NCBI GenBank assembly: GCA_030295235.1 | Contig: AP026157.1 | Span: 62,001 to 126,000, forward strand | DNA length: 64,000 nucleotides | Direction: 5' to 3' | From: Fistulifera solaris | Lineage: Eukaryota | Shown: positions 24,268 to 37,714 of the stretch, piece by piece | Layout of the letters: each line of letters starts with the position of its first letter | How positions within the stretch are numbered: position 1 is the stretch's first letter | Program-made: the position numbers and the translations under genes | The notes under the pieces: generated by a model | Databases searched by the model: none | The model's input: only the letters and a program-made list of their open reading frames with translations | What the model was told of the DNA's origin: nothing

Positions 24268-25588
24268 TTACATCCTTCTTTGTCGTTTCTGCTGCTGGTT
24301 CGATGCTGAAAAACGATCACCGTCAGCCGTCAATAAGTCTAACTGAGCAGATTTGACTAGTTCATTGAGTAAATCAGCATGATTCGACAATAAAAGCGCA
24401 GAGCGTCTAAAGTCGAACCTCGCATGTTTCGTCAAGGCCGCCGGCACAAGGACGGCTCGCTCGGAATGGGTCTCTGTCACGAGACCTGTCACGCCCCGGT
24501 AAAACCGGTTGAATTCGTACATACAATCAATCGCCCACCAAGTATCTTTGTAGATCCTCTTGTCGTGGTCCATAACCGTAAAAGTCCTATTGCGAGATAA
24601 GAACTGCTTCAGAAAACAGAACCCACGACCAAACGCTTTCGTCTCGATCGACAACATCTATGCGGAAGGTTCGAAGTGCTTTGTGGTCTTCAAGGCCTCT
24701 GAGAAGTTTGCGTACATGCGGGTCCCAATTTAATGGTCCACAATAAGGAAAAGTTTGTCAGCAACAATGTTCAAACGATTCAAGTCACTCATCAGTACCG
24801 GTGCAAACACAAAACTACGAAGAGATTCGACTTTTACAGACAAGAGAAGAATACTGTCTTGATCATCAGTAAAAAGGAAAGGCAAACCCAGATGCTCTAG
24901 CGTGTCGACTCGTAAAAGGCGATTGAAATTGTCGTCATCCATATTCACTTGCACTTCAAACGTTAACGACCCAAATGATGATGGTCGGCTCACGAGTGCA
25001 TCGACGAAGGCTGTTCCGCCATCTTGGAAGATGCAATCCACAATATTCACTTGAACTTTCTCTGACATTGTCGCCAGCTCTGTCGATTGATCTGCACTCA
25101 GTAGCAATGACATCAACGAAACACAACGTAGCGGTGCCACCTCGAAGATTCTGCTCAAACAAGGAGTTGGAGCTGCCGTAAAATCGAAATAACTGAAGGG
25201 ACTACCGACTGAAAGTTCACGGTGATCTGTTGTTGGCAATGACTCCAAGTCCAGGAAATAAGAGGCCGTTTCTGTGACTTCCTTGTCCGTCGTGCCTACT
25301 ATATGCAAAGCAGGACCTTTGCTACCGAATTTTATGAACATCGTACGCAGGTGGCGATTCCCAAGATACGGCTCGTCGTTCATCCCTTGCGGAACAACAT
25401 AAGTCAATGTGTGATTCTCACGCCAAATCACTATTCCTTGATTGTATTGCCATATTTATTGTAAACTATGGGGCGTTCGAAGCAACTTGTAAGTCGGCTT
25501 TCTCCCATTGCGCTACTTGCTCGGTTTCGCAAAGTAAGGAGGGCATCATTGCGAATAAAATGCTTTCGTCTTGTTTTTCGTTCGACAT
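24268..25588 (-). pseudogene. Array family copy 13 (internal deletion at ~24730 and frameshifts)
   Basis: MSNEKQDES start at 25588. ORF 24730-25431 ends KLFLIVDH and jumps directly to WDPHVRKLL, so the HF..LDL segment is missing. ORF 24268-24657 ends QKRQRRM. Confidence 0.8.
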
Positions 25589-25861
25589 TAGAGCACAGTT
25601 CACGTTATGAATGAGTAAATGCAAAGCTTTTGATTAGCAAGAGCAATGAGAATGGAATAAGTCGCACAATGCGCGCAGCATCGCAAAATAAAAAGCACGA
25701 AGACACTCAGGACTAATCCAGTCGTGAATACCGTAGCTGTTGACGTAGAGGTCCAGTCCAATTAACCTAAAGCTGAAATAATATTATGGTACTGCTTGAT
25801 CGACGTGGCTTTTTGGTCGATCTTTCATTGTCAACAAAAGTCGTTCAACTAACGAGTTTAG

Positions 25862-27414
25862 CTATAATATTCTTTGTCGTTTCTGATCCTGGTTTAATGA
25901 TGATAAGCTATCATCGTCAGCAATATCGTCCAACTGAGTTGCTTGAACTATTTCATTCAATAAATCAAGATGACTCGACAATAGGAGCGCACAATGTTTA
26001 AACTTTAAGCGTGCACGCTTCGTCAAGGCCTCCGCAACCAGGACGGATCGCTCGGAATGGGGCTGTGAAACGAGACCTGTCACGCCCTGATAAAACCGGT
26101 TAAATTTGTACATTCTGTCAATCATCCAATCATCGGTGTATGCATCTCCGTCATTATTTGTCACCCTGCAAGTTCGGTTGCGACAAAGAAAGTATTGAAG
26201 ATTGCCATAAGCGTAACCAAACGCTTCATCTTCATCTGCAACATCTATTCGAAAGGTTCGGAGCGCTTTGAGGTCTTCCAGATAATACAAAAGACTTCCT
26301 ACGTGTGGATCCCAATCCAAAACTTTGTCAGAAGAACTCAAATCGAGAACCTCTAGGTTGGCGTTGGCTTTGATCGCGTGTACAATTGCCGCAACAACAG
26401 AATTTGGAACAGGCATAAGGCTCCTATTCAATCCATTGTCTTCGTCACCGAACGTGAGTACGACTCTCAACTCTACAAAGTGACCCAGACGTAGCACACG
26501 CTCCCAGAATGCAATCATAAATTTCGTCGGAAAGCTCTCGCCGTCGTGAACAATGCGAAGGGCAAGTTTGTTGGCCACAATGTTTAAAGACTGTATGTCA
26601 GCCACCGAAATATCATCCGTAAAGAGAATGTAGCTCAGAGAATTCACTTTGGCAGAAAAGGGAGAAGAGCACGGTCGTCCTCAAAATAAAAGGGTAAATC
26701 CAAATGATCGAGACAGTCTACCTGCAGCAAACGTTCTACATTGTCGTTGACTAGGGCTGGTGTACCATCCAGCGTTAAGGATCCGAAGGATGATTGGCGC
26801 CCGGCAAGTGCATCGACAAAAGCATCTCCATAATCATCTAAGCTGGATGAAGCGAAGCTCAATCCAATGGGCTGAGTCCTTGTAGCAAGAATCAATGACT
26901 GCTCTACGCTCAAAACTAAATGTTCAAACTTCACATGACGGGCAGGAGATATTTCGAAAAGCCGTTCGATCCACTGTGTTCCAGTGCCACGGAAATCAAA
27001 ACTGTGACAGCTGTGGGCATTGATCTCAAGCCAGTTGTCTGTTTCCTTCGACGGTTGTTCCAATCTCAGGAAGAATAAAGCCGCATCGATGACTGCCTCA
27101 CGGGTTCTCCCTACGACTTGCAACACTATCCCCCCGCCATGGAAAATTAGACACATCGAATTCCTATTATCCTCCGGAAATTTCTCGATATCGAACGACG
27201 CGACGTACGTCAGAACATTCGTATTGTCGTTCCAGACGGCAATGGGCTTCTCACGCGCATATTCGAGTAGCTCTTGCAGATTGTGCGGCTCTCGAAGTCA
27301 CTTGTAAGTATTCGGTGAGTCCCCATCATGCCAGTAAGCCACTTGTTCAGGCGTACGTTCGTACGAATCAATGTACTCTATTAAGTCAATGTCGTTATCG
27401 TTTTCATTCGACAT
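25862..27414 (-). CDS. Array family copy 14 (frameshifted)
   Basis: ORFs 27298-27498 (MSNENDND at 27414), 26644-27156 and 25862-26647 (tail QDQKRQRIL). Confidence 0.8.
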
Positions 27415-27812
27415 GGTCAAAAGAGATGCTATGATAATGAAAAACACAAACGCAAATTCTCGGTAACGCGAGATTATTGAAGCGACGACTTTTCGCAACT
27501 CGTTCGAAACACGGACCGACTAGCTGACGTCATAGCTAAGGTCACCATGATCTTTTGACCCATGAAAACCGTACTAGACTCAGAAAGAAAGATCAACTAT
27601 CATTTAGGCTCACATGAAACACCTTGAAAGTCGCTACTTGTGCAAATAAAAGGTACGGCGATGGCTGCAGTGCTATTATGCCGAACGACCCGATCGCAAA
27701 GACGCCATTGGGGCGCTATAACACTCGCGCTCCCTAAAGTATTTGCGTACAGGCGAAAAAAGCTATAGATATTGTATGTCAGCTGGCAAGGCGCTTAAGC
27801 CATATGAAGCTG

Positions 27813-29332
27813 TTAATTCGTTCTTTGCCGCTTCTGATCCTGATTCATTGCGAGTAGATCATCGTCATCAACTTCATTGTCCATTCGAGCATATTGTACA
27901 AGTTGATGCAGCACATCTGTATGATTTGCTAGCAAAGAGCCGAGCGCTGAAAGCTATTCAAGGCACCGATCAGAAGGGCGGTCATTACCAGCGATAATCT
28001 CTCCGGTGGTGGATCCGTTACGAAACTCGCCGAGCCACGATAGAAGCCGTTCAGAGCGTACAATCGATCAATCGACGACTTATCCGAATAGATACGACCA
28101 TATTCATCCCTGACAGAAATGTTTCGGTTATGAGAAAGCAACTCGGCAAGAGAGGCAAATGCGGGTTCGACTTCCTTATGTGATGTTGATATCTTGACCG
28201 TACGAAGCCCAGAGTGGTCTTTTAGGCGCTGGAAAAGCTTCGCTAGCTGGGGTTCCGTTAAATCTCCGAGAGATCCACCCAAAGCGAGAGTTTTTAGGTT
28301 AAAATTCGCAACAGCGGCGTCAATGATTGTTTCTAACACTGAGTCGGGTACACCAACCGGTGAATCGAACCTGCAGTACGTGCCTTCAAATTGAATGTTC
28401 AACTCCGTAAAGTGGCCCAGCTCAGCTAACCGTCGGAAGAACAAAATAAAGTGTTCAGTAGGAAAAGCGCCAGAAGAATACTTGATGGTAAGACTGAATT
28501 GATGGGCCACAATGTTCCATTCACAGTGTTTCAGCCACTCATTCGAGCTAATTTCATAGCCGAGAGATTTTACATTTGCGGAAAAGGGTAAATCAGAATT
28601 TGGCGACGAGGAGCAGCAGGTGAGACGCAGATGCTCGATCGTGCCGACTTTTAAAAGGCGCTTCACGTTGTTCTTACTGAAGAGCACGAGCCCTTCCAAC
28701 GTCAAGGAACCGAACGTTGACATTCGACTCTCGAGACTATCGACAAAAGCAGTGCCTTCGTCCTCGAATCTCATTTCCGAAAAGGTTATACGTACAGGAT
28801 GGGGCCTGGTTGCTAAAACGCTCAATTGCTCAGCAGTCAATGTGATTTCGTGGAAACGATACTCGCGTGAAGGAGCTGCGCGAAACAGGCGTTCTAGACA
28901 GTGCGCTTGAACTCGACAAGAGTAATATGAATCCTGGAAAGGAATGTGTGTCGAACTAAATTGAAGGAAGCAGTTTCTTTTTCTCACATCTTCCAGATTC
29001 GAAAAGTACTCAAGTGTTTCGGTAATTGCAACGTCCGTTGGACCGAGAATGTGCAACGTAGGACCCTCGTCACCGAATCTTAGAGTCAAAAAATCACTAA
29101 AAGTGTCGGGAACGTCACCGCTGCCCTCCGGTGTCACATAAGTTGTCGCGCCATTCTGATGCTGAATAGCGAAATGATAGTTGTACTGATTGATTTCTTG
29201 TAAATTCAAGGGCTCACGAAGGAAACTACAGGTAGGCGAAATTCCCCCGTCACGCCAGCGAGCTGTTCGATCGAGCTTCTTTAAGGGAATATTTCCAAAC
29301 AACAAACCGAGATCATTGTTTTCCTTCGACAT
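27813..29332 (-). CDS. Array family copy 15 (near-intact, indel at ~27935)
   Basis: ORF 27929-29380 (MSKENNDLGLLFG at 29332). Another frame continues LLANHTDVLHQLV...QDQKRQRTN*. Confidence 0.85.
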
Positions 29333-29699
29333 GACGGACAGCAGTGGACTGCTGAAGTTTAAAAACTTTTGGAAGGACAATAATTAGGATAAGAACGTAA
29401 TGATGAAGGGCGTTGGAATCAACGTTCGATTGAATGAATATAATCAGCATCATCGCATCGCATGTCGCGGTGTGTGCACATCAAGTTTGGGCAGACGGAT
29501 GGACGGTGTCAAGTGTCAACAAAAATCAAAAATAAGCCTTATAGAGCGATCGCTGGCTCTAGTCTAGACTAATTGAGAGCAAACAGCAATACCAGTTAAT
29601 TGAGATCTTTACTTAGCATTACTCTTCCTAGGATAGGCACAGAAATCGTTTTTTCCGTTCCTGCTGCGGATTCAGATGTAGATCCGGCTCGCAGCTTCG

Positions 29700-31144
29700 T
29701 CAATCCTCATCCATCTCAACAAAAGGAACTAACTCACACAGCACATCAGCATGATTGGCGAGCAACAAAGCAGAGCGTTGATAATTTCGAGAGACCGATT
29801 CGATCAGTGCGGTCGCAACGAGTGACAATCGATCTAAAGATGGCTCAACTGCAAGGCACGCCGAGCCCCGGAAAAATCGATTCAAGGAATAGAGCTGATC
29901 AATCGAGCGTCCGTCCGTGTAAGGGCACCCATATTGATCGATCACCGTGATGTTTCTATTTTCAGTCAGTAATTGACGAAGCAGCGAGAAATTTGGACCG
30001 AAGTCGGACTCGTAAACGTTGATTCCGAATGTGTGGAGACTTTTGTGATGTTTGATGTACTCAAAGAACGTTGTCAAATGCGAAGCCCAGTTGAGGAATC
30101 CAAAAAGGTGCACAAATCCAGAAGCTGCAAATTACAGTTTGCAACCACGGCGCGAAGTATTTCTACAACAACACTGTCGGGAACCTGTATCTTCTCGTGA
30201 AATCTATCTACGACGAAAATCAACCCAACTTTCAATTTTGTCATTTGGTTGTTATGGGCCATGCGTCGCCACCAGGAATGCGTTACTTCAGTTGGAAAGC
30301 TATGACCTATGTGACGTATGGTAAGTGAGAGCTGAGTGGCCGACATGTCGAAAGATCGAGCAATAGCAAAGGGCAGAATTGCCGAAGGAACATCAAACTC
30401 GAGTGATTTGACTTTGGCTGAAAATGCATACAGACAAAGGTGAGGATCCAATGATGGTAAAGTCAGATGGTCTATCATGCCGGACTCGAAAAGGCGACCC
30501 ATATTTCCATCACTGAACCCTTCACACCTTTTCAGCGCAAAGGAATGAAACGGTGAAAGGCGATCTAGAAGCGCGTCAACAAAAGTGGTACCACCGTCTG
30601 GAAAATAACACTCGTCGAAGGTCAAACGTGCAGGATGAGGTCCTTTTGCTAAAGCAACGGCTTGGCTTACACTTAGCGTCGTCGATTGAAACCGTACATG
30701 CAGCGATTGCGCGGCGTCAATGATGCGCATGAGACAGCAAGTTTGGAGACAGCAAACGTTAAAGTAGTAGCCGGTTTCACCAATTTGAACATAATGCTTC
30801 ATCGGATCCAATAAGCTCATGAAAAACTCAACAGTCTTTGAAACCGCATCGTCCGAGTCGCACGAAATGAGCAACCGAGGACCTTTGTCTGAAAACTTCA
30901 AGGGCAAGAATGTATCATTACTTTTCGGAAAGTTGTAGAACTGTGTACCTGGTAAAATGTATGTAATCGCGCCGTTGTCACGCCTATACATCATTTGCTC
31001 GTACCCGTTCAATTCTTCCAAACTGGCAGGTTTTTGAAATAAATGGCGGAATTCCAACAGACGCGAGCCTCGTCCGACCCGCCAGCGAACCCTATGCACT
31101 GAAGCAGCATCAAAGGAGGCGCCGTGATTCTCATTTTCCGCCAT
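29700..31144 (-). CDS. Array family copy 16 (one frameshift at ~30100)
   Basis: ORF 30074-31168 (MAENENH at 31144) and ORF 29700-30113 (LNRFFRGS..YQRSALLLANHADVLCELV). Confidence 0.8.
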
Positions 31145-31281
31145 GATGACAAGGACAATACATAACATGCGTTGCGATTTTGGGCGAAAGGTTGCAAAGC
31201 GAAACCAGTCCCGGAAACTGTCGACACGTCACGATGATGACGCGCCACCGCGTTTCACAAAACCTGAACTCTTGACGACCC

Positions 31282-32799
31282 TCACATTTCTCTTCTCAGT
31301 TTCGAAGAACGTCTTGATGATGAGCCTAACTGATCATCGGCTTCCTCCACTTCATACAGCAGCGCGACTTGAATTAATTCAAATAACACATCAACATGAT
31401 GAGCTAACAAGAGGGCGGACTTCTGGAAATCATTCGACGCCGCTTCCGCGAGTGCGGTCGGCACGAGCAATACTCGCGACACTGCTGCCTCGACCACGAG
31501 ACCCTCTGAACCGCGAAAAAACCTATTCAGCGAATACAGTGCATCAATAAAACATCCATCAGTGATTATCTCCCCTCCGCCGTCAAACACTGTGATATCT
31601 CTGTTGCAAAAGAGCAATTCTCGAAGATGGATGAAATCGACACCGAACGCAATGTCCTCATCGAAAATTCTCAATTCCAAGGCACGAATCCCTTTGTGAT
31701 GCTTTAAAGCATGAAGCAGTGTCGCAACATGCTCATCCCAGTTCGTGTGCCCATTTAATTCAAGTATCTGTAGGTCAGTATTGAAGACAATGACGTTTGC
31801 AAGTGCATATGCAACGCATGAAGGAATTATTTCTGTATCAAAGTCAGATACCGACATGTCAATTCTGATTTCCTCAAAGTGTTTAAAGGCGGAAAAACGA
31901 CGGAAAAGAGAGAGAATGGGTTCTGCGGGAAATGTTTCGCAATCCTCAACGTCCAGGTCGAGCGTAAGCTTCTTTGCCGTGATGTTCACGGATGCCAAGT
32001 CAATCACCATCGATGGCGTAAAGTAGATGTAGAGAACCAAAGAATTCACTTTTGCTGAAAATACCTGACATGAGATTTCGTTGCCTTCATTATAAGGAAA
32101 ATCTAAACGATCAATTACTTCGACCTCAAAAAGACGCTTCAGATTGTCTTCGTTGAATGGTATGGCACCTTCCATCCTTAACAAACTAAACGCTGATTGT
32201 CGGCTCTCCAGCGCGTCGACAAAGGCAGTACCCTCGTCTTCGAACATACACTGCTCGAGTCGCAATCTCGTCGCATATGTCGCGAGTAGCATCGATTGCT
32301 CGGCACTAAATGTCACCTGCTGAAATTCCAGAACACGCAACGGATCCATTTCCAGCATTCTTTTGAAGCACAGAGCAGATATTGTTGAAAGATTGACCCC
32401 GAAGCTGTCTCCACTCACTTCAAGTGTAGAAGGTTCGTCTGTAAGCGTTTCAAAAGACAGGAAATATTCCGCAGTTTCAGTGACAGCAGCTTCTGTCTCG
32501 CCAACGATATGCAATGTCAGATGCAGAGCATAAAATTCGAGGCTTAAGGACCGTAGCGAATCATCGGACGCATAACTATCGTTGTTGTAAGGCGCAATAA
32601 ACGTGAGGGTGTCATTTTCACGCCAAATGACAACGCCGTGATTGTACTGCTTGAACTCCTCGAGTTCTACTGGATCTCGTTGAAGCTTATACGTCGGCGC
32701 TTCTCCCCCTTCATCCCAGCGAGCCACTTGGCTGGGCGTACGAGCTGACGAAGGAATAACTCCTAATAGCAAAATATCGGTTTGCTTTTCGTTTGACAT
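31282..32799 (-). CDS. Array family copy 17, intact ~505-aa protein
   Basis: Uninterrupted ORF 31282-32940 with a family-type start MSNEKQTDILLLG at 32799, all motifs present, and tail RRSSKLRREM. Confidence 0.88.
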   Translation of the reverse strand: MSNEKQTDILLLGVIPSSARTPSQVARWDEGGEAPTYKLQRDPVELEEFKQYNHGVVIWRENDTLTFIAPYNNDSYASDDSLRSLSLEFYALHLTLHIVGETEAAVTETAEYFLSFETLTDEPSTLEVSGDSFGVNLSTISALCFKRMLEMDPLRVLEFQQVTFSAEQSMLLATYATRLRLEQCMFEDEGTAFVDALESRQSAFSLLRMEGAIPFNEDNLKRLFEVEVIDRLDFPYNEGNEISCQVFSAKVNSLVLYIYFTPSMVIDLASVNITAKKLTLDLDVEDCETFPAEPILSLFRRFSAFKHFEEIRIDMSVSDFDTEIIPSCVAYALANVIVFNTDLQILELNGHTNWDEHVATLLHALKHHKGIRALELRIFDEDIAFGVDFIHLRELLFCNRDITVFDGGGEIITDGCFIDALYSLNRFFRGSEGLVVEAAVSRVLLVPTALAEAASNDFQKSALLLAHHVDVLFELIQVALLYEVEEADDQLGSSSRRSSKLRREM

Positions 32800-33059
32800 G
32801 CTATTATAACAAGAAAAGATGATGATGATGAATGATGGTGATGATGAAGCATCGATCATCATAGGCTGCGCATTGTCTTGAACGGAGTACCGAATGATGG
32901 TTTTGCACATAGTGTAAAATTCCGTATGCGACAAACTCACGGATTGAAACTATGTACACCTAGATTATGACGTCCTTATGCTCTTTAGCAAGCTGCAAGC
33001 GCATAAAGGAGAAGTAATAAAAAAGTGATACTAGATCTTATATCATTTAAACGCAATGG

Positions 33060-34500
33060 ATCATCTTAACGTTGTCTTTTTCTGGAGTAATTTGGATCAC
33101 TTAGAGCGCGAAAAGCTATTTACGGCAGCTTGCATCAAGGCAGTTGCTACCAGCAACGATCGGTCCGATTGTGGCTCCACGACAAGTCTTGGTGAACCCA
33201 GATAAAAGCGATTGAACGCATACAACTCGTCCACGGATGATCCGTCCGTAAAAGCGCCTATCTAGCACAGTCGCGTCTCGCTTTGCCGAGAGAAATTCTC
33301 GAAGGAGCTGAAAGTTGGAACCGAAGTCAAAATCAAAGACGGAAATTTTCAAGGTACGCAGTCCTTTGTGATCTTTGAGAGCCTGCAAAAGACATTCCAT
33401 GTGCGGTTTCCAGTCCACAAGATCGCAGGAAGTATGCATATCCACATCGAGAACTTGGAGGTGAGGATTGGCGAATACGGCTTTCATCAGTTCCTCCACA
33501 AAGCAATCGGGCACAAAGACCGGTTCACGATCTCCTTCCGACTGAATGATCAAGTAGAGTTTCAGTTCTTTCAAGTGATCCACCTTTGCTACGTGACGCA
33601 TCAACGAATTCATACCGTCGATAGGAAAGCTAAGTCCTTCTTTCTGTATAGTGAGAGAAAGTTTTTTCGCCTTGATGTCAAACGTGTTGGCTTCGGCAAG
33701 TGCGGACGAAGAAATTTCTTAATCCAGCGAGTCCACTTGCGCCGAAAAAGGAAGCTGGACATTTCTCTCCAAGCAAGGCCATTTCAAGTTCTCGAGCACT
33801 TCGACATGTAGCAAAAGCTGTTTCATATCTTCTCGCTCAACTCGATACCCTAGTCCAAGGTCAACGATCCGAAGGAGAAATGACGCTCTTCGAGAGCTCG
33901 AACAAATTGCGTACCGCCATCGTCAAGAAATCCTCTCCCGCCAACGTCAATTGGACGGGATAGGGTCGGGTAGCGAGTATCGTCGACTGTTGCGCATTCA
34001 ACTTCATATTCTTTAAGGTTACGTGGCGTGTCGGTGATAGTTCTAACATCGGCTCCAAGAAATGGGAATGATCTGGACAGTACTTAAAGTAACAGTGAGA
34101 ATTGCAATCGGACTCGACTTTGAGTGCGCCCTCGGAAGCTCCCTGCAAGCTCAGAAAGAACGCCGCGGTTTCCGCAATGTCACAAGTCGTCGGTCCGACA
34201 ATATCCAAGCAAAGATCGATGTCACAAAACTGTAAGAGAAGATAACAACGATGATGCTGCGGAAATGGTCGTTCACCTCGCGGCATAACGTAGGTCAAAG
34301 TGGAGTTACTCTCACGCCAAATCGCTAAACGATTGTGGGCATTCAACTCTGACAAGTTGCGTGGGTTCCGCAGCAGCGTATACGTGGGTGGTGAATCGAG
34401 GGGGTTGTCACGTCCACTCCAGTGAGCCTTTTGCTCGGGCGTACGCAGGTGAGGGAGGAATGAGGGAAAGCAACGGGCCGAACGCTTCGTTTTCGTCCAT
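33060..34500 (-). pseudogene. Array family copy 18 (degraded)
   Basis: MDENEAFGPLLSLIP start at 34500; ORFs 33861-34355 and 33116-33613; several indels and a truncated C-terminus. Confidence 0.75.
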
Positions 34501-35234
34501 TCTGCTGGAAACGACTAAAATGACGAGAGTAATAGCTTGGAGAAGAATAAAGAGTGTGCGCGATTGTTAGACTCTAGACTACGAATAAATAATACTCCGT
34601 AATGAAGAACAAAAAACAAAAAATCTTTTTCGACGAATGAAAAAATGAAAAAAATGGCGCGTGCGCGCAAGGTGCACCACGGACAGCTGTTCAGAGTACA
34701 TCCATGTATCACCCGGTTTGTTGTCGCGGTTGCGTTTCCTCTTAAATAAAAACTCGTCCTTAGTCGTTAAGAACATTCAACGGATAAATTTGGAAATTTG
34801 AAACGCGTTGCGCTATAGCACCCATGCGACGCGAGACGCCAAATCTCCCAACATGCCGAGAAACACCTTCTTTCAATGTTACCAAACATTCTGGTCGTAC
34901 AACAAGGCAAGATAAGCGGAACTTGGCTTGCTATTGCAAAGGCCGCCCGTAAAGAAGCGTTTCATGGAACGCGGCAATTGATGTTTCGAACAGCGCTAAT
35001 GGCAAAACGATGATGAATCTTTAAATGGGGTGAGTTTGCGTTTGCTGGAGACTGTGAGTCAAGTCCGACTTCATGGGATTTCGAGAGCCCCAAGAAAGAA
35101 TTGTTCTACTCTTGTATAAAACATTGAAGAACACAACAGCCCAATGCAGTCTAGAGCTACTACGCATAAAGGCCATTGTTACAATGTAGTTAAAGTAGTT
35201 GATTTCGAGGCTCAGTCGTAAAACAAGGCCAGTA

Positions 35235-35630
35235 ACCGTTGCATTCTTTTGTCTCCTTTTGCCGCTACATTGTCCGCTTATTCTAATAGCTGCGAAGATT
35301 GAATGAATTCGTGTAACACGTCGTCGTGACCCGACAACAAAAATGCAGCAAACCAAAACGGAACGAGCTTTTGTTGACCAACACGGTTGCTACCAGCGTG
35401 GACCGCGCCGACGGGGTTCAGCCATTTTTGCGTCCAGTCACAATACATTCGATTGGAGGAGTACAGATGATGTACCACTCTTCCGTCCGTATAAACATCA
35501 CCTTTCTTGTTACGACAGTGATGAGTCTGTTGTGCGAAACCACTTTTCTCATATGCAAGTAAAAAGGACGGAAAGAGCAACCGGAAGCTTCTAGTTTCAA
35601 AATGCGCAGCATAGTGTGATAGTGCAGCAA
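35235..35630 (-). pseudogene. Array family copy 19: degraded 3' fragment
   Basis: Across frames: LRILKLE..FYLHMRKVVSHNR / VYTDGRVVHHLYSSNRMYC / LLSGHDDVLHEFIQ..GKRRQK. It abuts the stop of copy 20. Confidence 0.7.
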
Positions 35631-35636
35631 GAGAAG

Positions 35637-37186
35637 TTACTCGACTGTGCGTCGCCGTTTCTGATCCTGTAATGATTCTAAAGAAGGATCGCCATGATCC
35701 GTTTCATTCACATGGTGTGCAGCTATTAATTCGTGTAAGACGTCCTCGTGAGTCGACAACAAAAGAGCAAAGCGCTGAAAATCCCTCGAAGAGCTTTCCG
35801 TCAAAGCGGTCGCTACAAGCGTTGATCGGTCAGGTGTTGGTCTCGCCAGTAGTCTCGCCGAACCTGCAAAGGGGCGGTTGAACGAGTAAATCGAATCGAC
35901 CAGTTTCCCGCCCGAATAGATAGGGCCATCGTGGTGCACGACTATCATGCTCCGTTTATGAGAAATAAACTGTCGAAGATGAACAAAGTCGGGACCGAAT
36001 GATTCATCGGGAACATTCAATTTCAACGTTGAAAGAGCCTCGTGATCTCGCAAGCCGTATAAGATTGTCTTTACATGCGGTATCAAATCCAGATCATCAA
36101 CTGTAGTAGTCAAATCTAGGACTTTCAAACCACGATTGGCAAGAGAAGTGAGGATCAGTTCGTACACAATGCAGTCGGGGATTGTCAGACGTCGTCTATT
36201 ACTACTACGTCGGACATCGAAATTGACTTTCAACTAAACAAAATGGCCCACGGTAGCTAGTCGCCGGAGCAAAGCAAGTATGCCTTCAGTAAAGAAATCT
36301 TCATCATCAACGTGAACCAAAGTTAAAGACAACCTGTCGGCTACAATCTCAAGCGTGTCAACAAGATTCGGCTCGAGCACGCGCGCAAAAATCCAACACT
36401 CGAGAAACTTCACTTTTGCCATAAGAACAATAGCGTCAACATCGTCGGCAGCAACGTCTGGCAAAGCCAAATGATCCAGTGCGTTGATGTAAGACACCAA
36501 CCGACATAGATTGTCGTCACTAAGCCCAGTAATTAGATCAAGGTCTTCATCATCTTCAAAGTCTCTGATCTCCTCGAACGTCAACGACCCAAATGATGAA
36601 ATTCGATGCTCGAGCGCCTCTAAGAACGAAGTGCCGCCGTCTTCAAATTTACATTTCCAAAGATTCAACGAAATGGGATGAGATCGCGTTGCCAGCGAAA
36701 TAGACTGCTCTGTGTTTAGCATCAAATGATCTAGATGCACCTTCCGTGACGGGTCTACCTGAAAAATGCGATCCAACAGCTGCGGTGGTGGAGCGTAGCA
36801 ATAAGTAGCAAAAACTCGATGCATATTTCCGATGGTGAAAACGGAACCTTCCTGTGTTAATTCTTCCATTTCCATGAAATACATCGCCGTGTCGTAAATG
36901 GCATCATCTTCTTCACCGGCAATGTAAAGCGAAATTCCGTTGTCACCGAATTCTAAGGAAAGACCTCGCAGCGGCGTCGTAAAATCCGGTAACTTTACAG
37001 GATAATCGTCATTACCCGCCGGCGACACATACGTTACAGTACCATTTCCTCGCAAAATCGCCATACAGTCGTAGTTGTTCAGCTCTTACAGGTTGTTCGG
37101 TTTTCGAAGGAGCTTGTAGGTGAGCGCCTGCGGGTAGACGGAATAAGTCCTAACAGCAAACTGGAGTGCTCGTATTCATCTGACAT
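35637..37186 (-). pseudogene. Array family copy 20 (in-frame stops, small N-terminal deletion)
   Basis: MSDEYEHSSLLLG at 37186, TAA near 37087. ORFs 36234-37064 and 35637-36233 are in the same frame, split by TAG in HFV*LKV where paralogs have HFVELKV. Confidence 0.85.
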
Positions 37187-37714
37187 GTTTGATAAAAGAA
37201 GAGATGCAACGGATCATCCAACAAGGAAGATTCAGTCTTCATGGACCCGTGCTCGGTTCTTGCAGCGCAACAAAAAGAAAAAAAGAAAGCGACGATCGCA
37301 TCCTGTCACGTTCCCTCGTGACCGGTACCCAAACTGTTAAGTCTACCTCGTCCATTGTCCGTTGTAGATAGGTGCGCGGTACTTGCATGACGCGTGCCCC
37401 GTGACTGGCGTTTCACAAGTCTGAAGATAGGTTTCTATGGAGAGTAGCCTCTAGAAGGAAGCAGGTTACTGAACAAAGACATTAGGCGAACAATGAACCT
37501 AAATCATGAGACAATGTCGTAATTATGGCAGCTGGGGGGTTGGTCTCGAATCAAGAAAAGACAAGATAAAACATCATGGACAAAAATGATTGGTAAATCT
37601 ATAAATACATTAAGCACCGTACATTGGTCGTGACGATACGATCGGCAAGAAGGGCTTCGTTTGCTCTCCTCGGTGTTAATCTCCAAAAAAATGTTGCGCA
37701 TAGAACTAGACGAG

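Noticed and set aside
36234..36236. Programmed stop-codon readthrough in copy 20
   Set aside because: Paralogs have Glu here (GAG to TAG substitution) and the copy has other lesions.
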